DNA of 64,000 nucleotides from an archaeon. Lineage in GTDB: Archaea; Undinarchaeota; CAZHTU01; JBDRCC01. The notes below the pieces were generated by a model. The model was not told the origin of the DNA. It made no database searches and saw nothing but the letters and a program-made list of their open reading frames with translations. The stretch is taken from assembly GCA_043822065.1 (NCBI GenBank), contig JBDRCC010000006.1:9673-73672 (forward strand), in the 5' to 3' direction. Shown here piece after piece: positions 30,588 to 37,762 of the stretch. The position numbers and the translations under genes were made by a program. The stretch's first letter is position 1; each line of letters opens with the position of its first letter.

Positions 30588-31114
30588 CTTAGCGCTCTTA
30601 GATATCCGCTCAAAACTACTCCATTCGCCAGGTCATTTAGGAACTCTGGGTTTGACTTGCTGAGGTCCACGTCATGTATGTTTATTTTCCGTCCTAGAAT
30701 CCCCTCAAACTTCTTTGCACTAAACTCAATGCTCCTTTTTGTCACAATTGCCAAATCAACATCACTCTTTATAGTGTCCTCGCCGCGCGAGTAGGAGCCA
30801 AAAAGCACAACTGCCTCTGGCTCATTGTACTTTCTTACAATTTCTGAGACAAGTCCAGACCTTTGAAGCATATATAAATTGAAAAACCTCTTGAGGGGGA
30901 AAAACTCGCCACCGTCAAAATCTGGATAATAGTTCAGTACTGCTTTTCCCCTCTCAGACTTCAGAATTTTCTCAGATTCGAGCTTCTTTAGAATGCTGGA
31001 AACAGCAGGAAGTGACAAGCCAGTGAGCCGGCTTAATTCACGAATATGAAACTTCCCAGTGGGATTATTAAAGAACGGTTTCAATAGCTTAAACCGGTTA
31101 TCTTTTTCTAACAT
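30584..31114 (-). CDS. wHTH-fused minimal nucleotidyltransferase (MNT, antitoxin-like)
   Basis: N-terminal wHTH (HIRELSRLTGLSLPAVSSILKKLE) plus the GSYSRGEDTIKSDVDL pol-beta NTase motif. TATA TTTATATA lies ~30 nt upstream. Confidence 0.85.
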   Translation of the reverse strand: MLEKDNRFKLLKPFFNNPTGKFHIRELSRLTGLSLPAVSSILKKLESEKILKSERGKAVLNYYPDFDGGEFFPLKRFFNLYMLQRSGLVSEIVRKYNEPEAVVLFGSYSRGEDTIKSDVDLAIVTKRSIEFSAKKFEGILGRKINIHDVDLSKSNPEFLNDLANGVVLSGYLRALR

Positions 31115-31177
31115 CTGTTATAAAATAGTAACAAGTGTTATATAAACCTAACGGTTGAAGTAACACGAGCTCCCGTT

Positions 31178-31235
31178 GCATGCGAGAGTAAACGGGGGCA
31201 GTTCCCAAATAAATGGGGCTTACTATACACTCGCA
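31178..31235 (+). repeat. rnpB-3'-end-derived repeat, copy 2
   Basis: GCATGCGAGAGTAAAC-GGGGGCAGTTCCC-AAATAAAT-GGGGCTTAC-TATAC, enclosed by a 6-bp inverted repeat (TGCGAG/CTCGCA). Confidence 0.85.
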
Positions 31236-31287
31236 GAGGGCGATTAACTAACAGTCCAAATCCATTCCTTGTTGTTTTTATTTCACC

Positions 31288-31833
31288 TCAATCGAAGTAG
31301 TTTTCAGGTTTTAGTCTTTCTGCGGCAGCTGTTTGTTCCTTTTTCATTCTTCTGATGTTTTTTCTGCCAATCTCTTTTATACCATCTTTCATTAACTCTT
31401 CATAGCCCTCCGTGTCAAGTTCGAGGTAGCAAAGTCTGCCATCATAGGCAACAATTCTATATCCTAACTTAAGGTGCAGAAAAGTAGAAGCGTCGAAGTC
31501 CTCGGTCTCTCTTTTGACTTTGGATACGGCAGCTATGACTCTGCGAACTCCATATTTCCCATATAGGCATTTTAGAACTTGGAATTCAAAGGACTGACCA
31601 CAGCGTCTCCCCTTGAATTTTATGTGCAGCCCATGGATAAATGCAATGTTCCCGTCTAGGGTACACATTATCTCTCCGACTTGATTTTCTTCGTTGTGCT
31701 TGCCCTTCTCATAAAACAAAAACTGAATAGTTTTTGTAAGGCCCTTTCGACAATAAGGATAGTCTACTGGGAAGGGGCGCTGGTACATAATCAAAAGCAT
31801 TCTTTCCTTGGAGTTTATTTTTATCTCTTCCAT
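31288..31833 (-). CDS. Hypothetical protein, possibly GNAT-like acetyltransferase
   Basis: 181 aa. The segment IAFIHGLHIKFKGRRCGQSFEFQVL...FLHLKLGYRIV loosely fits GNAT motif A/B. The call is weak. Confidence 0.35.
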   Translation of the reverse strand: MEEIKINSKERMLLIMYQRPFPVDYPYCRKGLTKTIQFLFYEKGKHNEENQVGEIMCTLDGNIAFIHGLHIKFKGRRCGQSFEFQVLKCLYGKYGVRRVIAAVSKVKRETEDFDASTFLHLKLGYRIVAYDGRLCYLELDTEGYEELMKDGIKEIGRKNIRRMKKEQTAAAERLKPENYFD

Positions 31834-31911
31834 CTTATATCAATGCCCTTCCTGCTCCACATCGCATCATTTTTGAGCATGACTTTTCTGATGCTTTCTC
31901 CTTATAAAAAT

Positions 31912-31998
31912 GTAAGCGCCGGGCGCGGGAGCATAACCAGCAGTTCAAACCACATAATTGATACGAAACAGTAAGCCGGTAAAATGAGCTTACTAACC
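31912..31998 (+). repeat. Decayed copy of the rnpB-derived repeat
   Basis: GTAAGCGCC ... CCAGCAGTTCAAACC ... AAAATGAGCTTACTAAC has the same order of parts as copy 3 but with many substitutions. It overlaps the stop of the 113-aa membrane-protein gene. Confidence 0.45.
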
Positions 31999-32334
31999 TG
32001 CTAACAGCTTTACTACCTCTAGCACAATTATTACTGGTAGCAAATAGAAAACAATACTGCCCAAAACAATATGCCCAATCAACGACTTAATCAGGAGTAT
32101 TCCAGCAATCAGCCCTACTGCTACTGCTGGCAGTCCGATTGGCGACATTCCGTGGTGGACAACATGGATTACTTGTGCAAGTATTAGCAGCATGCCCAAC
32201 GCCCACAGCGCTGCTATGTTCGGAGTCGCACTTGAAATGTGGACCTTGAAAATCAGGCCAGCAAGTATTACCAAAAGAGTTGACGGAAGCACACATACTG
32301 GGTCTATATGGCCCCTATTTGACATTTTAAACAT
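31993..32334 (-). CDS. Small His-containing membrane protein (113 aa)
   Basis: Three to four hydrophobic helices and a VIHVVHHG motif. It is divergent from the Fur-family gene. Confidence 0.5.
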   Translation of the reverse strand: MFKMSNRGHIDPVCVLPSTLLVILAGLIFKVHISSATPNIAALWALGMLLILAQVIHVVHHGMSPIGLPAVAVGLIAGILLIKSLIGHIVLGSIVFYLLPVIIVLEVVKLLAG

Positions 32335-32365
32335 AAGTTCAATTTGTCAGATATATTTAAATATG

Positions 32366-32388
32366 TTATTGATTTCCATTATCAATAA
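32366..32388. promoter_or_regulatory. Perfect 8-7-8 palindrome, candidate Fur-family operator
   Basis: TTATTGAT-TTCCATT-ATCAATAA lies between the TATA ATATATTTAAATAT (32351-32364) and the fur-like ATG (32393), in the divergent intergenic region. Confidence 0.35.
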
Positions 32389-32392
32389 GCAA

Positions 32393-32761
32393 ATGCCAAG
32401 AAAAACTAGGCAGAAAGAGCTCCTCCTGTCAGAGGTGGAAAAACTTGATGTCATCTTCTCTGCAGATGACCTGTTCAAGCTGGCTAGGGAAAAGGACACA
32501 AAGATTGGGATTGCAACGGTATACCGCTTTCTTAGAAACCTAATGGCAAAGCAGCAGCTCCATTCCTACCTATGCAACCGGCGCATGGTATACTCCAAGG
32601 ATATGAACAGCCACTGCCACTTTATATGCCAAAAATGCGGAAAAGTTGCTCACTTCAAAGTTGAGGATATCGGATTTATAAAAGAGAAAATAGACGGCCA
32701 GCTCTGCCATTTCCAGATAGATGTGCACGGGCTCTGCAGAGGCTGTCTAAAAGCCGAGTAG
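32393..32761 (+). CDS. Fur-family metalloregulator (Fur/Zur/PerR type)
   Basis: IGIATVYRFLRNL wHTH, HCHFICQKCG and CRGC metal-site motifs in a 122-aa protein. The ATG at 32393 is preferred to the long ORF starting at 32192. Confidence 0.8.
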   Translation: MPRKTRQKELLLSEVEKLDVIFSADDLFKLAREKDTKIGIATVYRFLRNLMAKQQLHSYLCNRRMVYSKDMNSHCHFICQKCGKVAHFKVEDIGFIKEKIDGQLCHFQIDVHGLCRGCLKAE

Positions 32762-32776
32762 ATATTTTTTGCATGG

Positions 32777-32845
32777 CAAGCCCCTTAGCATGTGAAAGTA
32801 AAATCGAGAGGGGGCAGTCCCCCGACTAAATGGGGCTTACTATAC
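32777..32845 (+). repeat. rnpB-3'-end-derived repeat, copy 3 (full length, 69 nt)
   Basis: GCAAGCCCC-TTAGCA-TGTGAAAGTAAAATCGAGAG-GGGGCAGTCCCCC-GACTAAAT-GGGGCTTAC-TATAC. The outer 9-mers are inverted repeats. Confidence 0.9.
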
Positions 32846-32866
32846 AAATCCTTAACGACATGAAGA

Positions 32867-33412
32867 TTATTCTCCAGATTCGGTTAGAAGAGCATCAATT
32901 TTATCTACGAAATCATTTGCGTCCTTTACCAATAAATCTGCTGCCTCTCTTTCTATCCCCACTTCAGCCGAGTACTGCGCAGTTTCCCTTTCCCTCCTTG
33001 CTCGCCGGAGCTTCATGACATACTCTTCTTCAAGTTTTTTCGCCTCTCTCAGCGTCTCAAGGTGCTTCTTCTCCAGCAGCCCTTTTCTGACATAATAGCA
33101 CTCGAGGGCCATACTCGTAGCGGCATGATTCTTGCTCCAGAAACCCAATTTACCTATCGCCGCTAAAGCGGCATGGTACATGGCGTAGTAGGAACAGACG
33201 ACAACCCAGTCGTTAGCTTTGAAATCGTGAAGCTTGAGAATATCCTGCGCATTCTTAGACTTGTCCAGCAATCTTAGAACCTTTGCAACCAACAGATTAT
33301 GTCTTGCTTTTTCTATGTGGTTTGGAACTAACCTCGCAATGTGAAATCCTTTTCCGAACGTACCTTCTTCTTCAAACTTCCTAAGTTTTTTCTTAAGCTC
33401 TTCCGCTTTCAT
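32867..33412 (-). CDS. HEPN-domain protein (second pair)
   Basis: Helical protein with the HEPN-type RRARRERETAQYS motif. The start at ATG 33412 is supported by an ATGA overlap with the MNT stop and a GAGGTGA SD. Confidence 0.8.
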   Translation of the reverse strand: MKAEELKKKLRKFEEEGTFGKGFHIARLVPNHIEKARHNLLVAKVLRLLDKSKNAQDILKLHDFKANDWVVVCSYYAMYHAALAAIGKLGFWSKNHAATSMALECYYVRKGLLEKKHLETLREAKKLEEEYVMKLRRARRERETAQYSAEVGIEREAADLLVKDANDFVDKIDALLTESGE

Positions 33413-34032
33413 AACTTCACCTCGAACACAATATCCCAAAATCTCTTATGGCCAAAAATAATTATGCCATCTGTCAACGCTTCGGTACCGACAGTGGATG
33501 TTTCAGAGGCAAGCATTTTTTTCATACTTTCCAAATCTGCGACAACAGTCGAAATACTCTTGCCATAGCGCATCTCTATAGTACTTGCAATTCTATCAAC
33601 CACCCCCTTATCCTTTAACGAGGACGATAGAGTGAGCAAATCAATATCACTTCTTTCGGTTCCCCCCCCTCTCGCATATGAGCCAAACAACACAACAGAC
33701 TGTAGTCGTTCGCCAAGTTCTTCTTTAACGCCTGATAAAAATTCGTCAACTATTTTCCCTGCACTTGACTTTCTCCCAAAGAGCTCCTCCCGCTCTTCTT
33801 CCGTGAGGAGGGACAGATAAGTCTTAGTTTTTTCAGTGTCCTTCAAGCCAATTTCATACGCCTTTCCAACTCTATTCTTCCCAAGGACCCCTTCCGCGAC
33901 CAAAGAGTTAACATGCCGGTGCGTCGGCTCATATGATAATCCAATTCTTTCCGAAAGTTCGCGGATAGTGTAAGTCGCACCAATGTCCCTTCTGTAAGCT
34001 TTCAATACTCTAAAGATGTTTTCTAACTTCAT
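33409..34032 (-). CDS. wHTH-fused minimal nucleotidyltransferase (second pair)
   Basis: wHTH (YTIRELSERIGLSYEPTHRHVNSL) plus the GSYARGGGTERSDIDL motif. The ATG at 34032 (MKLENIF) is preferred; the longer ORF runs into repeat copy 4. Confidence 0.85.
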   Translation of the reverse strand: MKLENIFRVLKAYRRDIGATYTIRELSERIGLSYEPTHRHVNSLVAEGVLGKNRVGKAYEIGLKDTEKTKTYLSLLTEEEREELFGRKSSAGKIVDEFLSGVKEELGERLQSVVLFGSYARGGGTERSDIDLLTLSSSLKDKGVVDRIASTIEMRYGKSISTVVADLESMKKMLASETSTVGTEALTDGIIIFGHKRFWDIVFEVKL

Positions 34033-34094
34033 ATTGGATTTTCCAATAATGTTATTGGATTTCCAAATATAAACTTTTCGCTCCATGAAATCAA

Positions 34095-34129
34095 GGGGCA
34101 GTTCCCCGAACAAATGGGGCTTACCTAAC
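34095..34129 (+). repeat. rnpB-3'-end-derived repeat, copy 4
   Basis: GGGGCAGTTCCCC-GAACAAAT-GGGGCTTAC-CTAAC, located 23 nt 3' of the ferritin-like ORF stop. Confidence 0.85.
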
Positions 34130-34151
34130 AGTCAAAGTCCATCTGCCGGAT

Positions 34152-34600
34152 TTACTCTATCCTGTCAATTAGGTCTGAGATGTCCTGTGCGTGTTTCTTC
34201 TTCCCTGCGATAAGGGTATGGAACGTGTCCCTTTGCAGCTTGCTGGAAGCAAGGCGTGCGCCCTTTTCATACATCTCTGCCGCCTTTACCTCTCCTATCA
34301 ATCCTTCAGTCAGTTTCGCGACAAGTTTTGAGGTGGCAGGGGTGGCGCGTTTCACCTTTTTGCCAAAGAACTCACGGGATAATAGTTCCAGTACCTTGAC
34401 ATGCTGCTCACTCTCCGCAATAATCTTTTCAACGATAGCTCGTGCACTCTTTTTGTTTTCTGCGGGGATGTTCGCCCCCCCCCCAGTTCGGTTAACAGTT
34501 TTTTGTAGAAATCTATGGACGATAATTCCCCCGTTATAGCGACTTTGTTGATTAGTGTGATTAATTCTTTGTCCTGAATTCTCTTTTTGTAGTCCATCAT
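34152..34600 (-). pseudogene. Four-helix-bundle (ferritin-like, tentative) gene split by a frameshift in a G10 run
   Basis: The N-terminal part (MMDYKKRIQDKELITLINKVAITGELSSIDFYKKLLTELGGG) is in one frame. The rest (ANIPAENKKSARAIVEKIIAESEQHVKVL...DRIE) is in another. The switch is at the C10/G10 homopolymer at 34475-34484. Confidence 0.5.
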
Positions 34601-34711
34601 CTTTAGCCCCCCCTTTTTTTTGGGCATATCCCCTTAAGAAAAACAAGTATTTAACACATACGTCTAAACAAACAAAGCCCTAAAATTAAGTAAAGATGCG
34701 CCGAGGGGGCG

Positions 34712-35491
34712 TCATCCTTTTTCACGCAAGGCTTGATTTAACCAGTCAGAGGCATACTCCGCTATTTCTTGCCAGCCCGGTTCCCCAATGACCCAGTGGG
34801 CATGGTTCGCGAATTCCTTGTAAGTTGAAACAGCCTTATATTTATCTGCAACTTTCCGAACAACTGAAGCAGGAGTGATCCTATCCTCGGCTCCGGCAAC
34901 AACCAGAACAGGACAAGTAACCTTTGATTCATCAACGTTTGCCGCCCCCTTGGAATCAAGAAGCCAGAATCCGATTTCGTATGCTGCCCGCCCTGACTCG
35001 TAAACAAATTTGTCAAAAGCCTCCTTTTGCTCATCGGCCGTGAGTAAATGCATCATCGAATACGCCGCATCATCAAAACCTTGCCGCATTGGCTTTCTCC
35101 AAAAGCCCCATTTTGTGAATACGCCCCAAAAACTTTTTATCACCGATGGCGTTAAGGCTATAATCCCCCGTGGTGATGCGGGAGTTAACAAAACAAGGGC
35201 TTTAGCCAATCCCCGGCTCCCAAGGATTTGTGCGAGAAGCCCGCCCATTGAGTGTCCCATCAGGATAGGGGTCGCGTCAAGCTCTCTAATTTTGTTCTCA
35301 AGGTCTTCAGCATAATCCAATATGCTGGTTGTTCCCAATAGGGGATTGGGGGTTTCACCCGGGCCCATATCATGAAAGCGCAGAGTGGGGTTAATACAAT
35401 GATAACCATTCTCCTCGAAAAATTTCTTGTAGTTCTCCCAACACCATCCGCCACCCCACATACCATGAATCATTATTATTGTTTCAGTCAT
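34712..35491 (-). CDS. Alpha/beta-fold hydrolase
   Basis: IIMIHGMWGGG oxyanion region, nucleophile elbow GHSMGG, and C-terminal D and H. ATG 35491 with a GGAGG SD. Confidence 0.8.
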   Translation of the reverse strand: MTETIIMIHGMWGGGWCWENYKKFFEENGYHCINPTLRFHDMGPGETPNPLLGTTSILDYAEDLENKIRELDATPILMGHSMGGLLAQILGSRGLAKALVLLTPASPRGIIALTPSVIKSFWGVFTKWGFWRKPMRQGFDDAAYSMMHLLTADEQKEAFDKFVYESGRAAYEIGFWLLDSKGAANVDESKVTCPVLVVAGAEDRITPASVVRKVADKYKAVSTYKEFANHAHWVIGEPGWQEIAEYASDWLNQALREKG

Positions 35492-35599
35492 GATTTGCCT
35501 CCGTTCGTTCAGCAATTTTGCATAATGCCCTATGCAGATATTTTTATATGCAATTGTTTATATAAAATATATTTGGTCACTACTGAACCTTTTCCTACG

Positions 35600-35626
35600 G
35601 TAAGCCCCACCTATTGTGCGAAAGTA
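35600..35626 (+). repeat. Direct extra copy of the 9-mer GTAAGCCCC just beyond the rnpB 3' end
   Basis: GTAAGCCCC at 35600-35608 repeats the CR-V 9-mer at 35643-35651 in the same orientation, 43 nt apart. The segment 35600-35636 is the template of the left arm of repeat copy 3. Confidence 0.7.
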
Positions 35627-35938
35627 AAATCGAGAGGAGGTAGTAAGCCCCATTCTGTTCAGGCCGCGGAAAACTTCACGCAAGGCCCTCTACGGCATTA
35701 GACTGAGCGTCTTAGACTTGCACCCGCCGGGGCCATGGCCGTTTCATTCCCATCCGCCGCCTCAGGTTTTCCATCATCACAAGGCGGAAAGGATATCGTT
35801 TCTGATCCTGGCCCTGCCAGTCTCCCGGCAGCGCTTGCGCGCCAGTTTCGGCAGGATAGATTCCAGCCGAGGTGTGGGGACTTTCCTCGCCCCTTCGCGT
35901 TTGAATGCTTAGGGACGGCGGCCGTTCTCCCCCTCTCA
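35627..35938 (-). ncRNA. rnpB: RNase P RNA (~312 nt)
   Basis: The sense strand carries CR-I GAGGAAAGUCCCCAC (35874-35888), GGCAGGGCCAGGAUCAGAAAC (CR-II/III-like), GGAUGGGAAUGA (CR-IV-like) and CR-V ACAGAAUGGGGCUUA (35644-35658). AAAGUCCCC and GGGGCUU can form P4. The 5' GAGAGGGGG (35929-35937) pairs with the 3' CCUCCUCUC (35632-35640). A TATA lies 26 nt upstream and U-runs follow the 3' helix. Confidence 0.8.
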
Positions 35939-35957
35939 CTATAGATAGGGCTCCCTG

Positions 35958-35969
35958 CTTTTAAAAACC
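35958..35969 (-). promoter_or_regulatory. TATA box of rnpB
   Basis: GGTTTTTAAAAG (minus sense) is centred ~26 nt upstream of the predicted 5' end at 35937/8. Confidence 0.5.
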
Positions 35970-36008
35970 TTTCGCCAAGCCCCCTGGGCTCAGCCCCATG
36001 ACAGTTAG

Positions 36009-36020
36009 CTTTATAAAAAT
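36009..36020 (+). promoter_or_regulatory. TATA box for the Kef-type transporter gene (near-leaderless)
   Basis: CTTTATAAAAAT lies ~25 nt upstream of the ATG cluster at 36036-36046. Confidence 0.4.
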
Positions 36021-36040
36021 TCGTAGCATAGTCACATGGC

Positions 36041-37762
36041 ATGGATGTTCCGTTCTTCGCAGAGCTAACTGCAATCATCGTAACTACGTTGGCAGTCTCA
36101 GGCGCCCTCCGCCTGCTGAAGCAGCCGCTGATAATAGGCTATATCCTCTCCGGGGCCATAATCGGCCCTGCGGCGCTGAACCTTGTGCGCTCCCACGACG
36201 CTATTGCGAACTTTTCCCAGTTGGGCGTAGTCTTCCTGCTGTTCATCGTCGGGCTCAACCTGAACCCAAGGGTGATACGGGACGTGGGGAAAGTCGCGCT
36301 TGTGACGGGCGTGGGGCAGGTGGCATTTACAGTCGCCTTCGCACTTCTGCTCTGCAAGCTCATAGGTTTCACCCTCATCGAGTCCCTTTATGTCTCAATA
36401 GCCCTTGCCTTCAGCAGCACAATCATCATAATGAAGCTGCTCTCGGACAAGAAGGAGATGGAGACCCTTTTTGCAAGAATCTCCATAGGGTTCCTTATAG
36501 TCCAAGACATCATCGCGATTGTCCTGCTTGTCGCCATCTCCTCGCTTGCAGGCGGGGCGAACGTTACCCTCCTCATTACGGAGACTCTTTTCAGGGGCCT
36601 TTTGATAATGATTGCCCTTGTTGCAGTCAGCCTGTACGCCCTGCCCAAAATAGTGGCAGAAGTTGCCAAGTCGCAGGAGTTCCTGTTCCTGTTCTCCCTA
36701 GGGTGGTGCCTGTCCGTTGCGACCGCATTCCACTACGCGAATTTCTCCATTGAGGCTGGGGCGCTCTTAGCCGGAATTGCGCTCTCTATCAGCCCCTACC
36801 ACTACGAGATAAGCTCCAGGATGCGGCCCCTGCGGGACTTTTTCATAATCCTCTTCTTCATATGGCTTGGCTCCCAGATGCAGTTTGCGAACTTTGCCGC
36901 GCAGGTGCCCATCGGCATCGCCCTCTCAGCACTTGTGCTCTTCGGGAACCCGCTCATAGTCATGACCCTGATGGGCCTGCTCAACTACACCAAGCGGAAC
37001 AGCTTCAAGGCAGGCCTAACGGTTGCGCAGATAAGCGAGTTCTCTCTTATAATAGTCGCGCTCGGGGTGAAGCTGGGGCACCTATCCGCAGAATTTCTGT
37101 CGCTACTCACTTTTGTCGGGTTGCTGACGATGGGCGGCTCGACCTACATGATACTCTACTCCGACCGGCTTTACGGCATTCTGTCCAAGCGCCTCTCAAT
37201 TTTTGAACGGAAGGGGAGGAAGATTGACGAGCACAGGTACCACAAGGACCATAGCTACGACATAATCCTCTTCGGGTATGACCGCATCGGGTATGACATC
37301 CTCGAGTCCCTCAAGAAGATAAAGCGGACCTTCCTCGTGATTGACTATGACCCGGAACTAATCGTGAAGCTCTCGAAGGAAGGGTATGACTGCAAGTATG
37401 GGGACGCAAACGACTCCGAGCTCCTAAACGACCTCAATATGTCTGACACGAAGATGGTAGTTTCAACCATACCAACCATCGACACAAACCTCCTGATTAT
37501 AAACAAGGTCAAGGAAGCGAACGACCGCACGATTATCGCAATCGTTTCCCACCAGATTGATGACGCACTGAGGCTCTATGACGCAGGTGCGACCTATGTC
37601 ATACTGCCGCATTTCCTCGGCGGCCGGTACCTCTCGACAATGATCGAGCGCAACAAGCTCGACATAAACAAGTTCCTCCGGGAGCGCGCCCTCCACATCT
37701 CCGACATCAAGGCGAGGAAAGAAAGGGGGCACGAGCATCCAAGGCACGAGAAGCACCATTGA
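36041..37762 (+). CDS. CPA2 (Kef-type) cation:proton antiporter with C-terminal RCK/TrkA-N domain
   Basis: About 12 TM helices beginning ...PLIIGYILSGAIIGP, and a C-terminal Rossmann-like DIILFGYDRIGYDI region. Confidence 0.85.
   Translation: MDVPFFAELTAIIVTTLAVSGALRLLKQPLIIGYILSGAIIGPAALNLVRSHDAIANFSQLGVVFLLFIVGLNLNPRVIRDVGKVALVTGVGQVAFTVAFALLLCKLIGFTLIESLYVSIALAFSSTIIIMKLLSDKKEMETLFARISIGFLIVQDIIAIVLLVAISSLAGGANVTLLITETLFRGLLIMIALVAVSLYALPKIVAEVAKSQEFLFLFSLGWCLSVATAFHYANFSIEAGALLAGIALSISPYHYEISSRMRPLRDFFIILFFIWLGSQMQFANFAAQVPIGIALSALVLFGNPLIVMTLMGLLNYTKRNSFKAGLTVAQISEFSLIIVALGVKLGHLSAEFLSLLTFVGLLTMGGSTYMILYSDRLYGILSKRLSIFERKGRKIDEHRYHKDHSYDIILFGYDRIGYDILESLKKIKRTFLVIDYDPELIVKLSKEGYDCKYGDANDSELLNDLNMSDTKMVVSTIPTIDTNLLIINKVKEANDRTIIAIVSHQIDDALRLYDAGATYVILPHFLGGRYLSTMIERNKLDINKFLRERALHISDIKARKERGHEHPRHEKHH

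Noticed and set aside
34646-34712. A missing repeat copy between the ferritin-like pseudogene and the hydrolase gene
   Set aside because: The intergenic region contains only an unrelated imperfect hairpin (GATGCGCC-GAGG-GGGCGTCATC), probably the hydrolase terminator. The two genes are therefore treated as one cassette.
30091-35663. The spaced repeats as a CRISPR array or a canonical integron
   Set aside because: The spacing is 0.7-1.5 kb and contains whole genes rather than 30-40-nt spacers. No cas genes are present. No GTTRRRY/RYYYAAC attC core and no IntI-like or other recombinase gene occur in the window. I therefore describe it only as integron-like or att-site-derived.
35699-35997. First guess of rnpB boundaries (P1 formed by GGCUGAGC at ~35988-35995 with GCUCAGUC at 35701-35708), with the TATA at 36009-36020 as its promoter
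   Set aside because: That model left CR-I without a P4 partner. Extending 3' to 35627 brings in the CR-V ACAGAAUGGGGCUUA and a 9-bp terminal helix. A better-placed TATA (35958-35969) then sits 26 nt from the new 5' end.
35698-36078. ORFs 35698-36078(-), 35712-35939(-), 35718-35912(+), 35735-35944(+) and the 5' part of 35998-36753(+) as protein genes
   Set aside because: The interval carries RNase P RNA signatures (CR-I, CR-V, a P4 pairing and a terminal helix). The translated products are low-complexity R/G/A/P-rich strings with no start context.
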